Source: Actinomycetota bacterium
GTDB taxonomy: Bacteria > Actinomycetota > Thermoleophilia > Solirubrobacterales > 70-9
Length of the DNA stretch: 29,511 bases
Direction: 5' to 3'
Assembly: GCA_046732395.1 (NCBI GenBank)
Contig: JBKPNB010000156.1
Location: 1-29,511 of the forward strand
Shown here: positions 25,235 to 29,511 of the stretch, piece after piece
How the letters are laid out: each line of letters begins with the position of its first letter
Position numbering within the stretch: position 1 is the first letter of the stretch
The notes under the pieces: generated by a model
Database searches by the model: none
Told to the model about the DNA's origin: nothing
Seen by the model: the letters and a program-made list of their open reading frames with translations, nothing else
Translations under genes and position numbers: made by a program

Positions 25235-26005
25235 TCAACCGGCCGCGAGCCACTCTTCGAAGCTGGGGCCGGCGAGCTTCGCGCCCGGGTTGGGGAGCGC
25301 GGCACCCTCGGCATAGGCCGTGGCGTCCGGGTCGTCCGGCTGGCGGCCCTCGCGAATCTCGAACGAGTCGCCCCGGCTGGCGAACAGCATGGCGGCTGCG
25401 TCGGCGAGACGCTCCGCCCGCGGGCCGGCGACCTCGGTGATCCTGCCGTTCTCGATCTCCGGCTCCTCGGCTGCGTCGGCGAGAGCTTCGGCGACGACGC
25501 GGGCGGCGACGAGCTGGGTTCGAAACTCGGGCACGTAGGCGACGCCGTCCTGGATCGTCCACCCGACCAGCTGCTCGACGAACTCGTGGAACTGGGCCGC
25601 GCGGACGATCCGGACCGGGAGCGGGCCTTCGAGCAGCGTCTTCTCCTGCGCCACCTTCGCCGCGTTGTAGCCGCCCTCGAACTTGTCGATGCCGATGATC
25701 GAGACGACGACGATCCGCCTCGCCCCGGCTTCTGCGCCGGCTCGCTGGAGGTTCCTTGCCGAAGCGGTGAAGAACGCGGTTGCCGCTTCCTCGTCGGGGG
25801 AGGGCCCCGTCGCCGTATCGATGATGGTCTCTGCCCCGGCTAGCGACTCGCGGAGACCCTCGCCGCTGACCACGTCGATCCCCTTCGAGCGCGCGATCGG
25901 GACCACATCGTGTCCGCGCTGCTCGAGGATCTCGACGAGGTGCGATCCGACCCGGCCGGTGGCTCCCGTGACAGCAATCTTCTGGCCCTGGTTTTCGGTC
26001 TGCAT
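25235..26005 (-). CDS. NAD(P)-binding atypical SDR (NmrA-like)
   Basis: KIAVTGATGRVGSHLV, SIIGID, YNAAK, VRAAQFHEF, EVAGP. GAAAGGA RBS before the ATG at 26005. Confidence 0.9.
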   Translation of the reverse strand: MQTENQGQKIAVTGATGRVGSHLVEILEQRGHDVVPIARSKGIDVVSGEGLRESLAGAETIIDTATGPSPDEEAATAFFTASARNLQRAGAEAGARRIVVVSIIGIDKFEGGYNAAKVAQEKTLLEGPLPVRIVRAAQFHEFVEQLVGWTIQDGVAYVPEFRTQLVAARVVAEALADAAEEPEIENGRITEVAGPRAERLADAAAMLFASRGDSFEIREGRQPDDPDATAYAEGAALPNPGAKLAGPSFEEWLAAG

Positions 26006-26115
26006 CGTTCTTCCTTTCTCAGCGATCGGCTGCGCTTTCCGCCGTTTCACCCTTACGACGAACGGGATCCGTTCAGATCGACAGCGGCCAATCGGAGAGG
26101 TCGCGGGATCTCCCG

Positions 26116-26424
26116 CTAGACGTCCTCGAGCTCGTAGATCATGCTTCGAACGCCGCCGTCCCGGGCGAGGTTCGCCACGTCATCAGCGGTAGCCTCGCCC
26201 TCGGGCGTCCGAAAGTCCCGCTGGAGCGCGTCCATGTCATCCCAGTCGAGCTCGGCGACGAGGTAATACGCGTCGCCGCCTCGGACGGGGCGAGCGTTGC
26301 GGCTGATCGTGTAGCGGCGAAGGCCGCGGAGCTTCTTCGCCAGCGGGATGTGGACCTCCCGGTAGTGGCGATCGAAGGCCTCGGCGTCTTCGGGCTCGTC
26401 GTAGAGGACCAGGAACCTCACCAT
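26116..26424 (-). CDS. EthD family reductase-like protein
   Basis: LVLY..PEDAEAFDRHYREVHIPLAKKLRGLRRY...VAELDWDD...TPEG...DDV. Confidence 0.9.
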   Translation of the reverse strand: MVRFLVLYDEPEDAEAFDRHYREVHIPLAKKLRGLRRYTISRNARPVRGGDAYYLVAELDWDDMDALQRDFRTPEGEATADDVANLARDGGVRSMIYELEDV

Positions 26425-26483
26425 CTCATCCGTCTCCTCGATTCAAAAGGGCGCCTCGTACATCGTCATCAAGCCGTCGTCAG

Positions 26484-26960
26484 CTAGGTCAACTTGACGA
26501 GCGCGGCAAGGAAGAGCGCGAAGGCGACCCAGGTGGCGGCGGCGCGGATCCAGTTGAGTGCGAAGTAGCGCCGCCGCGCGGCCTCCCATCCGCGGGGAAC
26601 GGCATCGGGGTTCCAGGCGAGCATGACGTCGTAGTTCGGCTCGGCGAGTCGGTTGGAGACAAGCAGGGGGCCCGCGATCGTGAGCGCGAGCCCGATCGCG
26701 GTGAGGACGAACGGCGCCTCGCCGATCTCGTCCAGGGCCACGAGCGCGGCTGCCGGCGCGACCACCATTCCGATGACGGCCACGTAGTTGATGGGCGCCT
26801 TGCGAGCGATCGGCAGGAAGGCGCGCAGGAAGCGCGCGAAATCGGGTCCGTCCATGCTCGCCAGCATCGGCTGGAGGACCAGCGTCAGCATCGCCAGCAG
26901 CCCCGACCACAGCCCCGAGAAGACGACGCTCGCGACGAGCGCCCACTCCTCCGCGGTCAC
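26484..26960 (-). CDS. DUF1772 / anthrone oxygenase-like membrane protein
   Basis: Four hydrophobic helices, C-terminal PNY....W...VP..WE..R.RY..LNWIRA pattern. Confidence 0.8.
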   Translation of the reverse strand: MTAEEWALVASVVFSGLWSGLLAMLTLVLQPMLASMDGPDFARFLRAFLPIARKAPINYVAVIGMVVAPAAALVALDEIGEAPFVLTAIGLALTIAGPLLVSNRLAEPNYDVMLAWNPDAVPRGWEAARRRYFALNWIRAAATWVAFALFLAALVKLT

Positions 26961-26970
26961 CTATCGGCGC

Positions 26971-27300
26971 TCAGGCCGCGACCGCGACGAACTCGGGGCT
27001 GTCGCTCGGCGGCAGCGGCTGAGGGTTCAGCCCGACGAAGTTGACCGTCGAGTTCGGCGGCAGCGGCTGGGGGTTCAGGGCCACCAGCTTGATCCGCGAG
27101 CCCGGCGGCAGCGGCTGCGGGTTGAGCGCGACGAGATTGATCGTCGCGTCCGGCGGCAGTGGCTGCGGGTTCAGCGCCACGAGCTCGATCGTCGCGTCGG
27201 GCGGCAGGGGCTGCGGGTTGAGCGCGACCAGGTTGATCGTCGCGCTGGGCGGCAGCGGCTGCGGGTTCAGCGCCACGAGGTGGACGCTCGGCTGGTCCAT
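26971..27300 (-). CDS. 109-aa tandem-repeat protein with six V[AG]LNPQPLPP units
   Basis: GGGAG RBS. The decapeptide is conserved while codons vary synonymously between copies, which indicates selection on the protein. Confidence 0.85.
   Translation of the reverse strand: MDQPSVHLVALNPQPLPPSATINLVALNPQPLPPDATIELVALNPQPLPPDATINLVALNPQPLPPGSRIKLVALNPQPLPPNSTVNFVGLNPQPLPPSDSPEFVAVAA
27007..27276 (-). repeat. Six-copy tandem repeat with a 48-bp period
   Basis: The 30-bp core starts at 27007, 27055, 27103, 27151, 27199 and 27247, separated by 18-bp variable spacers. Confidence 0.95.
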
Positions 27301-27334
27301 GTTCTCTCCCTTCCTGAGGTGGACCTGCGCGAGC

Positions 27335-27811
27335 CTATCCGTCCCCGGTCGAGGCGGAGGGCGTCGCGGCCTCGCCGGCAGCGCGCAGCTCCTCGGTCAA
27401 CTCCTCGGCCGCGTCCGGGCGCCCGTCGAGCCGCGCCGGAGTGTTCTGGAGGGCGAGGGCGCGCCACCCCTCGTCGGAGCGGACGGCGAGCATCAGCTGC
27501 ACCGCGTTCCGATCCGGCATCACATCCTCCCCGCCGGGGGGCACCATCCCCGCCACCGCGTGCAGCAGCGCCACCCCCTCGCTCACCGCGCGCACGCTTC
27601 TAACGATGCGTACATACGTGGCGACCTCGTGGTCGGCAAAGATCATCCCGAGCTGGCGGGCGATCTCATCGCGGCCATGCATCTCGCTGCCGTCGAAGCC
27701 GATCACCAGCGCGGCTTCGGTGAATTGCTCCGCATAAGCCCTCGCGTCCTGGCGGTTCCAGGCAGCGAGGATGTCGGCATGGAGCCGGCTAACGGCGTCG
27801 GTCTCGGCCAT
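27335..27811 (-). CDS. SgcJ/EcaC family NTF2-fold protein
   Basis: ILAAWNRQDARAYAEQF....VIGFDGS.MHGRDEI...IFADH...AVAGMVPPG...NAVQ...W....QNTPAR. Confidence 0.88.
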   Translation of the reverse strand: MAETDAVSRLHADILAAWNRQDARAYAEQFTEAALVIGFDGSEMHGRDEIARQLGMIFADHEVATYVRIVRSVRAVSEGVALLHAVAGMVPPGGEDVMPDRNAVQLMLAVRSDEGWRALALQNTPARLDGRPDAAEELTEELRAAGEAATPSASTGDG

Positions 27812-27846
27812 CTGCGGTCAGCCCATTCGTGTCGCCCTGACGCCGC

Positions 27847-29511
27847 TCAGAACGGGCTCAACTGCCAGGAGCCCTTCTCCGCCTGGGTGAGGCTGAAGTC
27901 GGAGTCGGCGTCGCCGGCCTGTTTGAAGGTCGAGCCCTGGAGTAGCTCCCAGTGGCCCTCGACCGAGCCCTTCGTGCCGCGAAGCTTGACGAAGCCCAGC
28001 TCCGGCGCCCGCCCGCCGACGTCGATGAGCTGCCAGACGCCGTTGCGCCCGGCCCGGGTCCCGAACTCGGTGCGGAAGTCTCCGGCCCGGCGATAGGAGC
28101 CCCGGCGGAGGGCGTCCCAGTGGACCGTGACGCGCCGTCGCGCGTGGCGGAGCTTGATGAAGCCGAGCTTCGGGGCCCCGTGCGCCCCCCCGAAGAGCTG
28201 CCAGCGGCCGTTCTTGCGCTCGGTCGTCCGGAAGTCGGAGCTGAAGATGCCGGTGCGGTGGTAGGACCCGCCTCGCAGCACGTCCCACCGCACTCCGACG
28301 CGCTTCCCTGGGGAGTGGCGGAGCTTGATGAAACCGAGCTTCGGGACGCCGTGGGAGCCGCCGAAGAGCTGCCAGTGGCCGTTCTTCCCGTCCGCCGGCC
28401 GGAAGTCGGAGGTGGCGGATCCCGCACGGTGATAAGAGCCGGCCTGGAGCGTGTCCCACTGGACCTCGACCGTGCCGTGGGCGTGGCGCTCCTTGATGAA
28501 GCCGAGCTCGGGGGCCCCGTTCGCCCGCCCGAACAGCTGCCAGTGACCATACCGGCCGGCGGCGGTTGAGAAATCGGAGGTCGCGTCGAGGCTCCGCTTG
28601 AAGGTGGCGCCGTCGAGGGAGTCGAGGTGGACCTCGACCGCCCCGCCCGTGTGCCGGGTCTTGATGAAGCTCAACTGGTTGGCGAAGGTGGGCCTGCCGC
28701 CCGCCCCGCCGTCCCCGCCGACGACGTCGCCGCTGCCCACGCCGACGGTGTCGGCGTCGAGCGCGTCGTTGTCGATCGAGATCGAGACCCCGCCGTACCT
28801 CTCGACGTGCCCGCCGCGGTACTGGTGGACGCGCTGGTGCCTGGCCCAGAGGCGGGCCGGCAGGTAGGGGTCGGCCGTCGTCGCCTTGCCGTTCCAGTTT
28901 GCGACCCAGATGTCATCGGGCTCTTTGTAGGTGGAGTCCGCCGCCCGGACGAGGTCGACGATTCCGGAGGCGCCGCTGCTGTAGACGCCCGACCGGTATC
29001 CGCTCGTGTGCAGTGCGTTCGTCCAGCCGGCGAGGAAGGCGAGGACCACCGAGCTGCTCGAGCCGCGCGCGTAGCCCTCCATGTCGAAGTAGATCGGGCT
29101 TCCGGGGCCGATCCCGAGGGCCTCGGCGCGCGCGACCGCGTCGGCGGCCGCCGACGCACCCTGCGCGGAGGCCCTCTTGGAGGCGATGGTGGCGCATCGG
29201 CACGACACCGACGGCGCCTGGAGCCCGACGTAGATCGGGATCAGATGCCAGCCGGCGGCGGTCTCGGCGGCGACCCAGGGCGCGGCCAGATTCGGCTGCA
29301 CGCAGGCGCTGTTGATCCCCCCGAGGTAGATCCCGACCGCGCGGTAGGGGGAGGCCTTCCAGGCCTTCATCGCACCGAACGACGGTGCCGAGCAGGTATC
29401 GAAGCCGAGCCCCTTGAAGGTCGATCCGCCCGTCGCGGCGACGGGGGCGAGGCTTCGCGCATGCGCGGCCGGGCCGAGCGTACGGTTCGTGCCGGCCCCC
29501 AGGCGCGGGGC
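27847..29511 (-). CDS. DUF1906 glycoside-hydrolase-like (putative peptidoglycan hydrolase) with C-terminal repeats; 5'-partial
   Basis: GLGFDTCSAP, YRAVGIYLGG, LIPIYVG, IYFDME, GVYSS, W.ANWN, HQYRGG. The frame stays open from the window end (555 codons), so the true start lies beyond 29511. Confidence 0.9.
   Translation of the reverse strand, partial: APRLGAGTNRTLGPAAHARSLAPVAATGGSTFKGLGFDTCSAPSFGAMKAWKASPYRAVGIYLGGINSACVQPNLAAPWVAAETAAGWHLIPIYVGLQAPSVSCRCATIASKRASAQGASAAADAVARAEALGIGPGSPIYFDMEGYARGSSSSVVLAFLAGWTNALHTSGYRSGVYSSGASGIVDLVRAADSTYKEPDDIWVANWNGKATTADPYLPARLWARHQRVHQYRGGHVERYGGVSISIDNDALDADTVGVGSGDVVGGDGGAGGRPTFANQLSFIKTRHTGGAVEVHLDSLDGATFKRSLDATSDFSTAAGRYGHWQLFGRANGAPELGFIKERHAHGTVEVQWDTLQAGSYHRAGSATSDFRPADGKNGHWQLFGGSHGVPKLGFIKLRHSPGKRVGVRWDVLRGGSYHRTGIFSSDFRTTERKNGRWQLFGGAHGAPKLGFIKLRHARRRVTVHWDALRRGSYRRAGDFRTEFGTRAGRNGVWQLIDVGGRAPELGFVKLRGTKGSVEGHWELLQGSTFKQAGDADSDFSLTQAEKGSWQLSPF
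27850..28680 (-). repeat. Five 56-57-aa protein repeats
   Basis: F[IV]K anchors at residues 235, 291, 347, 404 and 460 of the 507-aa ORF. Consensus P[EK]LGFIKxRH..G.V.V.W..L..GSY.RAG...SDF.....NG.WQLFG. Confidence 0.85.

Noticed and set aside
27007-27276. 48-bp repeat array as a CRISPR
   Set aside because: Repeats vary at third codon positions, the 18-bp spacers resemble each other, and the array lies in one ORF with an RBS.
27041-28096. 351-aa plus-strand ORF with GGSGCGFSAT repeats, antisense to the LNPQPLPP gene
   Set aside because: It shares wobble positions with the minus frame. The same repeat position reads TGC, TGG or TGA (stop, at 27019-27021) on plus, while the minus frame stays invariant, so this is a shadow ORF.

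Overview
Very GC-rich bacterial DNA (roughly 70% by eye, not computed). Gene content suggests an actinobacterium, possibly Thermoleophilia/Solirubrobacterales-like; this is inference. I found no rRNA, tRNA, CRISPR array, transposase or integrase. The window is an accessory-type region of mostly small metabolic, stress and secreted-protein genes: a signal-less multicopper oxidase coupled to a DJ-1/PfpI gene, five NTF2/SnoaL-fold genes, three alpha/beta hydrolases, two SDR/NmrA-type oxidoreductases, a TetR-controlled hydrolase plus beta-carbonic anhydrase unit with a readable promoter and twin operators, an animal-type heme peroxidase, secreted RTX-repeat and PD40-repeat proteins, a csp-DUF2294-wHTH trio and a DUF1906 cell-wall hydrolase with five C-terminal repeats. 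The two best candidates for an undescribed system are (1) a tight APC permease / metallophosphoesterase / Pol-beta-type nucleotidyltransferase operon at 16465-19946 and (2) a 109-aa protein made of six 16-aa units with an invariant LNPQPLPP motif and variable hexapeptide spacers (26971-27300), sitting among NTF2, DUF1772 and EthD genes. Several segments (1-450, 4547-4978, 10176-10696, 21030-21770, 22290-23110) carry dense frameshifts or abutting gene fragments. These may be sequencing or assembly artefacts rather than biology. All family assignments are by motif recognition from the sequence; no searches were run.
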